Of a stretch of 64,000 nt of DNA, positions 13,244 through 29,208 are shown one piece after another. Each line of letters starts with the position of its first letter. Position 1 is the first letter of the stretch. Below the pieces are notes generated by a model. That model made no database searches. It saw only the letters and a program-made list of their open reading frames with translations, and was not told the origin of the DNA. Source of the stretch: Leidyana gryllorum EB-2025a (lineage: Eukaryota; Protista; Apicomplexa); contig JBLWGC010000036.1 in the NCBI GenBank assembly GCA_048772705.1, positions 270,175 through 334,174 of the forward strand, given 5' to 3'. The position numbers and the translations under genes were made by a program.

Positions 13244-15157
13244 TCAACTCATTTCGGGCTCCGATTCGCACTGATAGTTAGTTAGCACTCCATCTTTTGA
13301 TAGCGCTAAGTAGAAGTCGTCTGACAGCCTATCAAAGGATGCCGACGTGAAGCCCTTTGTACCCTGATACTGCACAACAAAGTCGTACTTCTTCTTGTCC
13401 TTTTGAGTGTAGAGCCGGATACCAGCATCAGTCGCCACCAGCAGGTGTTTTCCTGTATAAAGTGATAGAATTACTGCACACACCAAAGGGACCTACCGGA
13501 ATGATCAAACTCAGCATGAAGTGCTGCCGCACCCAAGTCGAGCTCCTGAATCACAGCGGTCTTTCGCAAATCCCATATCATCGCAGTGCCCCCTGAAGTC
13601 GCAGCCACCAGAGTGTATCCAATCTCATTGAAGGCAATCGTTGTTATGTCGCCTTTCACATTCGGAGGAATCGATGGCTCTGCTTTGAGCTCCCTCTTCT
13701 TCATGTCCCACACTGGCAGTTCACGCTGTGTGGCTCCCACAGCCACCATGCCATCGGGCTGGAAGGCCAAACACCTAATCTTGGACTGAGGCTTCACCCC
13801 ATCCATCCTCCATCCAATGGCGCATTGGGCGATGTCCAGTACAGTCCAGCTGTCTCCATTAGTACACACAGCTGCGTGAGTCCCAGACGGATGCAGCTCC
13901 ATATCCGTGACCGGTCCTTCTCCTACTTGGAACACATATGCACAGGACATTTTGAGCTCCTTAGGAATTAAGTCAGGGTTCTTCAAATCCACGAAGCGAC
14001 CGGACCCGCGGACAGTGGGACCGCTGGTCAGCCAAACCAGGTCATCGAGAGTGTTGTGTCCCTCATCTTTCCAGTATCTGATGCATCGAAGCACACACAT
14101 TTGAGACACACGCTTCTTTCCGTTGCACTCACCGGACAGTGCCGTCCTCTCCAGCAGTGAGGATCATGAACGCGGATTTGAAGGGAGCAGCGGACGAGCT
14201 GCTGGCGCGCAGGGCCGAGAGCGCCGATGGGGCCAAATGTGACTCCGAGGGGAAGAGCAGACAACGAATAGCGGTGATCCGGCCCTCGTGGCCGGATAGA
14301 GTGGCAAGAACGGCTTTGGTCTGCCAGTTTACGAGAATCAGGTGTCCGTTGTCACACCCGAGAGCCACAATAGCCGGGACTTTAGGTTTAGTGGGCTCTG
14401 TGATGCCGGCGATGGCAACTTCAAACGCCGTTATAGTGCCTTCAGGAGCCTTGTACTCTTCAGACTCTTTACATTGCTCCTTCATTTTATCTGCTGTGCG
14501 ATACTGCACAGTCCTCTGTTTACGAGCCGCCAGCAATGACTTTTGCAGCTCAGTCCAGCGCTGCGTCGTTCCTTCTATGTCGACAGCAGTGCGGGCCTTC
14601 TTGCTGGCGGGTTCCATGGATCCGGATCCTCCGGCTGCCTCAGCTTGCGAAAGCTTCTGTTGAGCTTCTTCCAGTTGTCGCCTTAGGAGGTCGATTTCCT
14701 CTATCTTCTGAGCCACAGCTCGGGTGGATCCGTCTCGGAGATATAAAAGGTTGGTGACCTGCATTCGAGCTTCATCGCGCTCCTTGTGCAGACGAAGATT
14801 CTCAATGCTTAATAAGTCAAACTGTTTCTGAACCGCACCCAATAAGTCGCCAACATCTCCGAGGATAACAGACGACGGCCTTTTGATCCCTGAGTCTGTG
14901 AGCAGAAGATTGTGTGTGTGGTGTTTGCGTCACACCGCTTACGTTTCAGCGCAATCAAGTCTTTCTTGCTCAAGGGGTTTCCAGTGACTGGACACGTAGC
15001 TGTCTTGGCTAGATGCTCCTCAATCAACCGGCGGTCATATAAGTGACCCTCTGTATGGGTTTGATTGACGTGGAAGGGTTTGTTATCGCAAGACTGTACC
15101 TGGAGTAACTACTGGGTCCGTTGGGACCTGGCCAGATATCTCGCATATGAATGACAT
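13244..15157 (-). CDS. PRP19: Pre-mRNA processing factor 19 (U-box, coiled coil, WD40)
   Basis: Starts MSFICEISGQVPTDPVVTP, with U-box CPVTGNPLSKKDLI, the Prp19 coiled coil (QVTNLLYLRDGSTRAVA) and WD40 repeats (LSGHEGRITAI, WDLRK). Several short GT-AG introns. Confidence 0.92.
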
Positions 15158-15191
15158 GCTGCACGAAACGGCCAAAAAAAGGAGCGTCAAC

Positions 15192-16012
15192 TCAGTAAAA
15201 AGCTTCGTGCTCGTTTTCCCAATGGAACTTGACCCTCTGCCTCATCATATTGATGCCTTTGCCCACTGACTCTTCCACTTTTGGTGTATATTCCGGACAC
15301 TCCTTGCGGATGAGAGCCACTCGCTTCAGCACAGCTTGGATATGCTCATCCAAGTTCGCTATTCCTTCCTTTGCTCCGTGCTCTGTAGAGAGTGTGGGTG
15401 TGTGATAGTCGGGGCTGGTTTGACGACTCACCGCGAGAGGTCACACGGTCTAGATACTCCATTATTTCATTCAGATGGTCGCGCAAATCTTCACAGATGA
15501 AGGTTACGTCGAGCAGAGTTGACAGTTTTAGCCATTCCTGCGCAATCTCGGGATCGGACAGCAATCCGGGGACGGTACGAGCCATCGTATGTAGCTTTTC
15601 ATACTCGGATTCCCAGAATGCCACATTCTGCAGGGAGATGTGGGTTGAATTGTCTCGCGGGGTTCAGGCAGACTCACCACACAGAAGTCAAGAGTGTCGC
15701 TCCAATTAGCAGCCAGGATGCCGCGGCGTAGTCGCTCAGATCTCTTATGAAAACGCTGTTGTTCTAGCGGTCCCGCAGTCTGGGGAGAGACGGCATTGAG
15801 CCATGCCGAGTCTTCAATCCAAGTTGTGCTGACGGGGCGAACAGACTTGGCAGATGATGTCCCTAACCACCCACGTGTCGCCTTGGGCGCGGCGATCCCA
15901 GTGTGGAGTGCCGCTGGGCTGGATAGAGAATTAGTACAGTACAGGCAGGCAGGCAGGAATATACTCACCGTAGGACGAAGGGCAATTTGGAGGAACTTCC
16001 AATACTGAGCAT
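15192..16012 (-). CDS. Small multi-exon protein with mitochondrial-presequence-like N-terminus
   Basis: ATG at 16012 gives MLSIGSSSKLPFVLR|PAALH..., which is basic, hydroxylated and acid-poor. Short GT-AG introns link the ORFs 15968-15528, 15624-15346 and 15431-15192. Function not assigned. Confidence 0.6.
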
Positions 16013-16080
16013 TATAGTCGATTAAAAGTCTTTTCGTATTAATTGTCCACTATTTCCTATTCATAGAACTTTAACGACGA

Positions 16081-19122
<3,042 letters not shown>

Positions 19123-19150
19123 ATTAGTAATCGAAAAAAAGAATCGGTAG

Positions 19151-22100
19151 ATGGGCGAGGAGGCAGGTTCACCTCCTGCGAAGAGGCCTCGACTGGACGA
19201 TGAAGGCAGAAACCGTGATAATGATGAGGCTGAGCGAAAGAAGAGGGAGCGAGCAGAGAAGTTCAGGCAACTGAGAGATGCCAAGAAACGAAAGGAGTCA
19301 GATGCACCGCCCCCCCCTCAACCTACAGTGGCGGGTCCTACATCGAGACCCACCCCAGTTGTTCCTGCGGCCGTCACTATGCCCGCTGTCGCGCCCAAGG
19401 TGGTCATTAGGAAGCCGAATTCCCGTATAAGTGTCAATCTGCGGATGGAGGCCGGGCCGCCCCCTCCAGACACTGCAACACCGCGTAGCTGTCGAGATGC
19501 GTTTAGTGCTCAGGAAGCGCTTTTTCAGGAGCTGCTGCCGCATAGTGCATCTGGCCCACTGAGTACCGACGGGAGCTCTCGCTCCGCGTTGCCGCTGGCA
19601 GAGTCGGACTCTCTGGACGAATATATGCAGCAAGTGGACAAGAGATACCGAGCGGATGTCGTGGACACATTGGAGAGAATGGCACGGACGCAGAGGCGGG
19701 AGGAGCGCGTCGCTGCCGCGACCGAAGCCGCGAGAGCCCAAACTCAACCCAAACAGTCAATTACATTGGATGAAATCTTGGAACACGGCGGAGAGTCAGA
19801 AACCCAAGAAGTGGATATCAGCTCTTTTATGAACGCTCTGCGTCAACACGAGCAGAAAGGCGAAGAGAGCCATTCTCCACCATCAGTCTCCACTCAATCT
19901 CAACAGCTGGCGATTCGAGATGAGCAACCCCCGCCCCCGTCAAGTCCCGAGCCCGCAGACAGTGATATGGCCAGTCCTCAAGAGGAGCCTCAAAGCAATG
20001 ACAGCATCCTTTTGGGGGTGGACGACGACGAAAATCAACAGGGCGCAATCGATGATTTTCTCAGTGCTCCGGGCGAGCCGGAAGCCTCTTACTTTGACTT
20101 GTTGGCGGTAAGCAATAAATGGCGACGGAGACTGAGTGCGGTGACATTTTACCTTTCCAGCAACACGGGTCCAAGAAAGAGCTCCAGTTGGTGGACCACT
20201 CGAAGATTGACTACGAGGACTTCACCAAGAATCTCTATATCCAAGTCCGAGAGATCACTCAAATGAAGGATCACGAAGTGGAAGCACTTCGACGAACAAA
20301 TGGAAACATTCGTGTCCGAGGCAAAGGGTGTCCGCGTCCGATCAAAGAGTTCTCTCAGTGTGGGCTCAAAGACGCTCTCCTTCAGGTGAATAGACCTGCT
20401 GCGATCTGCTCGCAAAAAGTAATCACTCGGTAGGTTCTGGCCAAGCGAGGATGCGATGTACCCTTCCCAATCCAGATGCAAGCTATTCCGGCGCTCATGG
20501 CAGGTGAGTACACCACCCCCGACCGAACCTTAATGGTCATCGTTGGTAGGCCGTAACGTAATAGGCATTGCTGAGACCGGCAGCGGTAAAACGTTGGCCT
20601 ACTTGCTACCACTTCTACGACATGTCTTGGCGCAACGCCCTCTCGCCGACGGTGAAGGACCTATCGGTCTCATAATCACTCCCACTCGGGAGTTAGCCCA
20701 GCAAATCGCTCAAGAAGCCAAGAGGTACTGCAATGCTGTCAAACTACGGTGTGCATTGGTCTATGGAGGTGGTGGAATTGGAGCTCAGCTCTCCGAGTTA
20801 AAAAGAGGAGCCGAAATTGTAGTCGGTACACCAGGAAGGATCACTGAAGTTCTCACAATCAACCGTGGGCGCATATGCAATCTTCGGGTAAGGCGCGCTC
20901 GGCACATTGAACCTGAAACTTCCATCAAATCAGCGTGTCACCTTCCTGGTTCTCGATGAGGCAGACAGAATGTTCGACTACGGATTCGGACCTCAAGTAG
21001 AGCGTATAATGAGTGAGTGGTCTCCCATGGTCACCAGTTGTCACTGTGCCGCCTAATAGGTAATGTGCGACCCGATGCCCAGATGGCCATGTTCTCGGCA
21101 ACCTTTCCGGCCATAATCGAAGGTGAGCCCATCTCCTCCTCCAACTGGCATCTCCTTCACAGGGTTGGCCCGTAAATGTATGTATAAACCATTGGAGATC
21201 ATCGTGGGCGAGAAAGGCCGAACTGCGAGCACAGTGACTCAATATGTCGAGGTGATGCCAGACAAAGAGGCCAAGTTTCTGCGGTGAGTGTGTTCGGGCC
21301 GTCTCCCACACACACACTGTTCTCCTCAGTTTATTGAAGATACTCGGCGAATGGTACGACCACGGTGAGTCTATCCTTATTTTCGCGAGTCGCCAAGTGG
21401 AGGTGGATGAGTTGGCTCTGCATCTCGGAAAGTTTGGATACGACTGTCTCATTCTGCACGGTGGTCAAGATCAAGAGGAACGAGAACTCGCCCTCGACGA
21501 CTTTAAACACAAACGCAAAACAATCCTGGTGGCAACCAGTATTGCTTCTCGCGGTTTGGATGTGAGATCTGTCGTGTTAGTCGTCAACTATACTCCTCCC
21601 GATCACTTGGAGGACTATGTCCACCGCATCGGGAGAACAGGGAGAGCCGGCAACATTGGGGTGGCATACACTTTCTTCACTCCTGATGAAGCTGACAAAG
21701 CCATGGATGTCGAACGTGCACTGTCTGAATCAGGTCAGAGAGTGCCTGAAGCTTTACACAGTCTCGTCGAGGAATACCAAGCCCAGCTGCAGGGCGGCAC
21801 TGTGAGGCATCGCAAAGTCAAAGGCTTCGGGGGACGCGGGTATAAGTTCACCGCTGCAGAGCGGAGTGCCCAACAAGAAGCGAAGCAGTACTGGAAAAAG
21901 GAGCTTGGTAGGCGAAACTCTCAAGGGGCACCGCAGTACACACACACTCTGTTTGTGCAGGTATTGGCGAGGAAGCCGTGGAGGAGGAGAATCCGGACGG
22001 CGACGGCGCTGGCTCGTCTGAGACAGCCGGAGGGTCATCTGTTGGACCGAGCAGTGGGGGAGCGGGACTTCCGTTGCGGCCGCCCGCGCCTCCTCCTCCT

Positions 22101-22856
22101 TCAGGTGGCAGCACGCCCAATGCGGCTCCAGCCACGCCGTCCGCCAATGCCGCTGGGCCCGGGAACATACAACCCAATATTTGGGAGGAGATCAACGCTC
22201 AGGCGGTGGCATTGGTCAACAACTGGACTGCTGCAATTCTTGATCCTGCTCAGAAAGCTCAACAGGTCGAGAGTCTGGTGCCTGCTATACGGCAGATCAT
22301 CGCACAACGTCATTCACTTCCCGTCGGCGGTGTTCCGGTCGCTGCTAATGGGCGTCCAATGCCCAATGTTTCTCAGATGGTCCAGGACGCAATCCAACCC
22401 CTCAAAGCTGGCCTTCCCAAGGGAACTGCCCGTCCACTTTCCCAGGCCGAATATATAGACCCTGTTACGAACAATTTCGTCACCTCCATATCCATAAATG
22501 ATTATCCTGCTCAGGCGCGGCACAAGGTTTCGCAAAAGGTGAGTGTGGACACACGTGTGCTGACTGACACTCGACTTCAGGAAACATTGAACCGCATATC
22601 GGAATCTACGGGCGCCGCTCTTCAGGTTCGCGGCGTCTACATCGATCCCGATCGACGACGGGCGGCCCCAATTCAATTAGGAGCAAAGGAGCTCCATATA
22701 GAAATCATAGCTCCAACACAAGTGGGAGCTCAGCGCGCTAGGTGAGTTGGCTGAGAAACTGAACTCAACTTGTGTGTGAACAGACGTGAGCTTCACTCCA
22801 TTTTGGAGACAGTGGCCAAGAAGCAGCTAAACGCCCCATCCAATGGCCGATGGTGA
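19151..22856 (+). CDS. PRP5: DEAD-box RNA helicase Prp5/DDX46
   Basis: Motifs [40 protein letters not shown] and [12 protein letters not shown], plus the Prp5-specific GFGGRGYKF and C-terminal [14 protein letters not shown]-like region. About 10 canonical short introns. Confidence 0.95.
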
Positions 22857-22937
22857 TCGATCACACGAGCGCGAGTGAGTATCACTCTCTATTAGTAGAC
22901 CAGCTCCCCAGCACCAATCTATAAAGCAATTATCTAT

Positions 22938-25170
22938 CTATAAAGCTCCCGCCGTCGGTATTTTGCGTCGCTTGGTGGTCTGGACCTTGGGAGAGCTGCT
23001 AATGTGTTGGCGTTTCCGACTGGTGCCTGGTCTCGACACCGGCTCGCCGTTCCGTTCCCCATTCCGATTGGCCGCCGCTTTCCTCACTCCCTTTCGCTTT
23101 GTGGGGGGAGGCAGATATTGTCGAAATAAAGCCGTCGCCATCGACTTGGGTATCTTGAGCCGGGAGGTCGTAAACCCTGCCGTCCGCACGTAATTATCGA
23201 GAGAGAGACAGACAGCCACTGCCTGCACTCACCGAGATGAGTGACCTTGTCTGCAGCTGTCATGTCTGCAATTAGTCGCATTCCTTCCGGCAGCCGACTG
23301 TTCAATGGTTGCTTGTGACCCAGACGGCGGCCATCATTACGCTTACTCTACCAAGTCTCGGTGACAGTTTGCCCTGTAAGACACCAGCACCGCTTGTTGG
23401 GCCCGCGCGTTTGGGGAAATCCCGACAATGAGGACCTGCGGTGACCTCGCGAGGTTCCCACCCGACACAATCCGGGTGAGGATTCCACACGCTCGTCGCA
23501 TCGCAAAGTGGGAGGACGCCAACTCTGGCACCAAGTCTTCATCGACATAACCCTCCAGAATGCCTTTTTGTCCCGCCAGCAGATCGCGGGCAACTGTACG
23601 ACTTGCGTTCCGTCGCGTGATGAGCCTCTCCACCTGCGTGCGAAGCGGGGAAACGACTTTTCCTTTATAGCCACAATTGCTTACCAACTGATGCATGTCG
23701 CGGCTGACTTTGAGGGCGTGGCGAGACAGCAGTAGAATGCTGGGAGCGTGAGGCCACTCTTCAGATCCGGAGAGGCTGTCAACGCAATTGCATTCACACA
23801 CACACGAACACACACATCCATCAATACCTCTCCAACAACTTGAGACAGTGCATGAACCGTCGCAGCTGAGAACTGGCGTGCGACGCTGCTCGTTGGGGCT
23901 TTTTGACCTCTTCAAGGGCGAGCCGCTCGGTGTCTTCGGCCTCCGCCGCTGTTATAGATGCATGGCTTTCGGTGTCCCCCCTAATGCTGCCCACCACAAA
24001 GCGTGTCCATTGTCATGGCGTGGCCCAGGAGCAGCGAGAAGTCGATGTTGGTGATAAAGTCGGGGAGATCTTTCTGCATTGGAAGAATAGGGGCAAAGCT
24101 GTATTGGTCTGTAGCCATCACTTTTACAGAGCAGACGGCCAACTGGGAACTGGAGGGTATTTCTCACCTCGACAAGTGTGACATAGAACGCTGGCACCGT
24201 CACGTCAAACTTGAGTTGGGCCGTCATGGGGTTGTTAGCCACGAGCTTGGTGAGTGCCGCCCTGCACACGTCATGGGCAGCCAGCGAAAGAAGGCCCTCA
24301 CGGTAGAGTATTTCTCACTGCTTTCTTGACGGCTATATATTTCCATCGAGCAGGCAGGGGCTCACCAAGACAACTCGATCTGCGACCGCCGCCCATGAAG
24401 CCTACTTGGTGGTCAATATCTCCGTCTACAACCTGATGTAACGGGGTCGGTTACCTTGTCGAGTTGCATTTCGAGTCGGAACGACCCAAGATCAATGTGC
24501 AGATCACGCCGAGATCCAACGTTGAATACCTATGCGACCATTGCGGGACAATTTCAACGTTCTCTCACTCGTGTGGCCACAAAGAACGGACAACTTTGCA
24601 CTGCTTCGCCTATGGAGGTGAAGCGCATCAGCGGCATGAAGACCTCTTTGGGCTCAAAGCCAACACGAGAGGTGTCTCCAGAGCTCCGACATTCGCTGCG
24701 GGCTGCATAATGGAGAAGCAGAGGGGGCGAGAGAAAGTTTCTCACCTATCTTTGATACTCTTATACTCGTCGGCCAGTTGCTGAGTATATGTCTCATACT
24801 CGTCCCGCGATAGCGAATGGTTGACCAGATGGTAGGCAATACCAATCGAGGTGGTCCTGGGATTGGGACAGATTCATTATTCCGCGCGTGTCTCTCCTCA
24901 GACGTAACATACCAAATGCTCTGGATCGTCTCGCATCCGGCGTCTCTCAGCGCCTCTGCTATGATTGCGCACGAAGGAGCAGCGAAAAACTCGCCCCCAG
25001 TTGACGCCAGACACCCAAATAGACCTTCAGATGTGACCAAATCTGTTTCTTTCGATAACGTTAATCCATGCTCCAGATTCTCGGAGATTAGAGTCAACTC
25101 GTCGGCAGAGACGCACAAATGACATAAGGTCTGTTAAGATTATATCAGATACTGACTGAATGGGGGCGAT

Positions 25171-25221
<51 letters not shown>

Positions 25222-25758
25222 GGAAGAGTTCTTAGTGCAGTGCGGGGTAGTCCGGTGTTCAACGTACGTCTACCGTGTCATTTGGCAGCGATGTCTGACA
25301 GTACAGCGGATCGATTGGTCGATTAAAGTCAACAATGAACCAGTGATGAGTGTCGGAAACTTGTTGTTGTCGTTGTTGATGGGGAGGAGCCGAGTCCATG
25401 TCACTTTGCAATAATAGGACGCGGAGATCATGTCGAGCTCCCATATTGATGAAAATAATCCCAGGTGTCAGGACATTGCGAGCCTCGCAGAGGGCGTAGA
25501 CATTTCGGAGCTCAGCATAATCGGCCACAACATATAATCGGACGAGAACACCCAAGTGATCTGTCAGAAACCTCTACTCCGAACGTTGGGTTGGGAAAGA
25601 TTGATATATACCTGGAGGATGAACACCGAGCATAGGGCGTCAACATCAGTCGAAGAGAAAATTGTGGTAGACCTGCCAGTACATCCGTGGGCAATTAGCT
25701 TGGGGAAAAAAAGGCTGGGCGGAATCAGCAAGTCATTCAGCAGACTGGAGCTGCTCAT
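22938..25758 (-). CDS. CDC45: Cell division control protein 45 (divergent CDC45), multi-exon
   Basis: Exon 1 gives TTIFSSTDVDALCSVFILQ (DHH-like motif). Later exons give IIFINMGARHDL, WFIVDFNRPI, IWTTSIGIAYHL and FMPLMRFTSIGEAV, all colinear with CDC45 motifs. The track lists it only as fragmented ORFs. Confidence 0.82.
25173..25219. repeat. (GT)23 microsatellite inside an enlarged (~137 nt) CDC45 intron
   Basis: Perfect GT dinucleotide run visible in the sequence, flanked on the - strand by a GTACGT donor and an AACAG acceptor. Confidence 0.95.
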
Positions 25759-25797
25759 GCTGGTTGACTTGCAGATATTTTTGTTCAAGCTTTTCGG

Positions 25798-27237
25798 ATG
25801 GAATGCGGGAGTGTCAGGCTTGCGAAGCTCAAGTCTTTCTGCGACGCCAAGCGACCCCCCCTCGGTAAGTTTAATCAGTCCACAGCACCCATTCGCTCTC
25901 CCATCAGACGACCTCAAGAGTTTTGCGTGGTGCGGGTTACCTGATGGCACGTCTTTCAAAGAACGCGCCCTGATATGGAATGTCATGTTGGGCTATCTGC
26001 CAGTCGATGCAGTCGGCCGTGAGAGTGGTGAGTGCAGCCGCCAAACTCGCATATCCGACCCACCGATCGCGTGCCGCGCACAGTTCTGCAGTCAAAACGT
26101 CGAAAGTACCATCAAAGCGTCGATATGTACTTTGGGGCCTATGTTGACTATGCCGACTCTGAGACCGAGGACCCCTCAGACGGAGAGGACGGCAAAACGG
26201 AGCCTCCCACCAGGCGCACTGGGTCTCGTTCGGACCTGCAATCAGACGCTTCTCCGGCTACACTCCCCTCCGTCCCCGCTGGGAGTATCGATCTCAAGCA
26301 GTTAAGGCAAATTCGAGCCGATCTTGCCCGGACACGTCCCCGCGGATTCGAAAAGCTCTTTTCGAATCGGAGAGTGCAATTTGTATTAACACGTTCGCTG
26401 TATATATGGGGAATCAAACATCCAGCCGCTGGCTACGTTCAAGGCATTAATGATCTGCTCGTCCCATTCTTCATCGTCTATCTCCTTGCCGAGCTTGAGG
26501 AAGCCGCCGCAGGAGGGGGGTGTCTGGTATCGCTCGACTCCCTCACCAGTCCTGACGAGAGACTGCTTGCCGATATGCCTCAAGCCCTCCTGAACGCTGA
26601 GGCCGATAGTTACTTTGCCTTCGATGCACTAATCGGCGACATACAGGTACGACGAGTGTCATTCTTCTTCGATCTATCTGTCTGTCATTCCCTGTGGTCA
26701 ATAGGATTTTTACATAAGCGGCCAGCCAGGGATCAACAGAGAGATGGAGACTCTGAAAGCCATAGTTCGACGAACTAAGCCCACTTTGGCGAGCCATCTG
26801 GACAGAGAAGGGGTGTCATTTCGAGACTTTGCCTTTCGATGGTACAATTGCCTGATGACTCGCGAGCTGCCGCCGGGGGCCATCATTCTGTTGTGGGACA
26901 CATTCCTAGCTGAAGGCCTCGAGAATCTGCCCTCCCTACTGAACTACATTTGCGCAGCCTTCATTGGGCGCTTCGAAAACGATCTGACGGCACAGTCCAG
27001 CTTCCAAGAGGTAGGCGGAGAGGCGTTCTTTACAGTGACAATTGCTTTACTGTTGACTGTAGATTATGATATTCATCCAGAACCCTCCGTCGCAGGACTG
27101 GGAGACTGGCGACATACGTGCTTTGACGTCCGAAGCGTAAGTGGTTCGATATAACGATAGCATCACATCGTCGTGTCTATAACAGATTCGTCCTAAAAAG
27201 CCTCTTTGAGAATTCGCCTAATCAGTTGGCGGCCTGA
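25798..27237 (+). CDS. GYP1: TBC-domain Rab GTPase-activating protein (GYP1/TBC1D22 type)
   Basis: Spliced protein MECGSVRLAKLK..LKSFAWCGLP..RALIWNVMLGYLP, with R-finger IRADLART, Q-finger GYVQGINDL, FAFRWYNCLMTRE and C-terminal SEAFVLKSLFENSPNQLAA*. Confidence 0.92.
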
Positions 27238-27980
27238 GTCGGGTATTTGACCAACAATCTGACCGGCTCTCCTGCGGTGGTCTGTTGCTCCAATTGAGCG
27301 AGCGCGGATTGATCAATCACCGGAGCATCAATACGAGCAAGTGCAGACTCGAGTGCAGATGAGGCCTTCAGCGGCTTCTCAAGCACAAGCAGAGCACGCG
27401 GCTTCTCCAGCGCTTCGGGTTGCTCCTTAATAAGAGTCATGAGCATCCCTTCCTTGACATTGGGAACTTCGGATGTGAAGAGGTGACGGCCACGCTCGGC
27501 CGGAATCTCAATGTTGAGATTCTCGGTACCTACGGGCGGCACAGAGAGCCCAACGATGGATTCGTCAGCTGATGCGGCCGTGGACGCCCAGATCAAACCG
27601 GTCGAGACCAACTCAGCGTAGGGTGAGGTGGAGGGGTCTGTGGGTTTGAGGAGAGCAGATGCTTGGACGGCTCGAAGGTTCCCGTTTTGAGCGAGAGCCC
27701 GAACTGGTGATGGCAACACGGGGAAGTCAGCGGGTGTGGCATCAAATGTCCAATGGTCGATCTGATATTCGTTGCCGTCCAGAGCAATGCCACATTGGAA
27801 CTGATCAGATGGCTTCAAGGTGATAGAGTCGGCTAACGGGCGGGACAAAAGGATAGGAACCGTGGCTGCAGGATTGCACAAGACACTAATCTCAATATCG
27901 CGACGGTCGCCTTCCGCTGGAGTCACCAACCGGCCTTCAGTGGCAACGATACAAAGTAGCAGAGCGTAAGCAGCAATCAT
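27222..27980 (-). CDS. Secreted hypothetical protein (252 aa), possibly a catalytically dead alpha-carbonic-anhydrase-related protein
   Basis: Intronless ORF with signal peptide MIAAYALLLCIVATEG. Weak colinear resemblance to alpha-CA segments, without the zinc-binding His residues. Confidence 0.7.
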   Translation of the reverse strand: MIAAYALLLCIVATEGRLVTPAEGDRRDIEISVLCNPAATVPILLSRPLADSITLKPSDQFQCGIALDGNEYQIDHWTFDATPADFPVLPSPVRALAQNGNLRAVQASALLKPTDPSTSPYAELVSTGLIWASTAASADESIVGLSVPPVGTENLNIEIPAERGRHLFTSEVPNVKEGMLMTLIKEQPEALEKPRALLVLEKPLKASSALESALARIDAPVIDQSALAQLEQQTTAGEPVRLLVKYPTQAAN

Positions 27981-28118
27981 TATGCTTAGCTTTTGAGTGT
28001 TCTTGAGGTGTTCGAGCGACTCGGACTTATATTGTAAATCATTCTGACAACTAGATCGCCCAGAGGTTTTCCGCCGAAAAACATCTCTCTCTTAGTCTCG
28101 CGAATTTGTGAATCGTGA

Positions 28119-29012
28119 ATGGCAGCCTCGCCCATACAACAAGTGTGGAGGTCAAACCTACGTAAGTATCATCATTATATCTCACTCTGTGATGAAATGG
28201 CACCACAGACTCCGCCATAGTACAGATATCCCAACTCATTGATCAATTTCCCTTCGTGGCCGTGGATACTGAATTTCCTGGAGTAGTTGCCAGACCAATT
28301 GTTGATCATGACAGAGTATATAAAACCATAAAGTGCAACGTTGACCAACTGAAACTCGTCCAAGTCGGCCTCAGCTTAGCAAACGCTAACGGGGTGAAAC
28401 CACTAGGAACCAGTACATGGCAGTTCAACTTCCATTTCGACCCCAGGTAGGCTGACAGTGCCCCCAAAGACTCAAATCGGTCTCCACTGGCAGTCACGAC
28501 ACCTGCTCAGAAGAATCGCTGGAGTTCCTGGAGGCAACTGGGGTCAGCTTCCGGCAACACAAAGATGACGGGATTGACGGTTACGAGTTTGCTAGTCTGC
28601 TGATGACCAGCGGATTAGTTTTGAATAATTCAGTCACTTGGATAAGCTTTCATGGCGCGTACGACTTTGCATACTTGCTCAAGGTAAGCCACACGCAAAT
28701 AAACACACATGAATGTGCAATATCGACCCCAAGCTGCTGACTGGTCGTCCACTCCCGTACGACAGTGCACAATTTTTCCGTCTGATGGACGACTACTTCC
28801 CCCGCGTATTCGACATCAAGAGTCTGCTTAGCCCTATGCTCCCTGTCGAAAGCTCACTTCGTACTGCCTGTGTCAGTATGGGAGTGATGCGTGAGGGAGT
28901 GGAACATCAGGCTGGCCCTGACAGCTTGACGACTTGCCATCTGTTCTTTCGCTTGGGAGGGCGTCGTAGGTGGACCAGTATGGCACCAACTGGAGTTTTC
29001 GGAGCTGTGTGA
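28119..29012 (+). CDS. CAF1: CCR4-NOT deadenylase subunit CAF1/POP2 (CNOT7/8)
   Basis: Motifs VAVDTEFPGVVARP, KCNVDQLKLVQVG, TWQFNF, WISFHGAYDFAYLLK, FDIKSL and HQAGPDS (DEDD nuclease). Three introns. Confidence 0.95.
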
Positions 29013-29208
29013 TAGTAGCAATTGCCCAAATAATAATAGGCGTTGGGGACAGCGACTTCGCACACACACAGATATAGTTATTTTGAGAAGAGGAAATTGT
29101 ACCTGTTGTTGAGTTGTGTGATCTTCTTTGGCTTTCACCTTCAAAGCATTTTTCTTTGAGTGAAGTGCCACACAGGCTTTTTCTGGACTATATTTGCCTC
29201 TTACTAAG

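Noticed and set aside
25160-25414. ORF with (VC)n repeat
   Set aside because: Translation of the intronic (GT)n microsatellite, antisense to CDC45.
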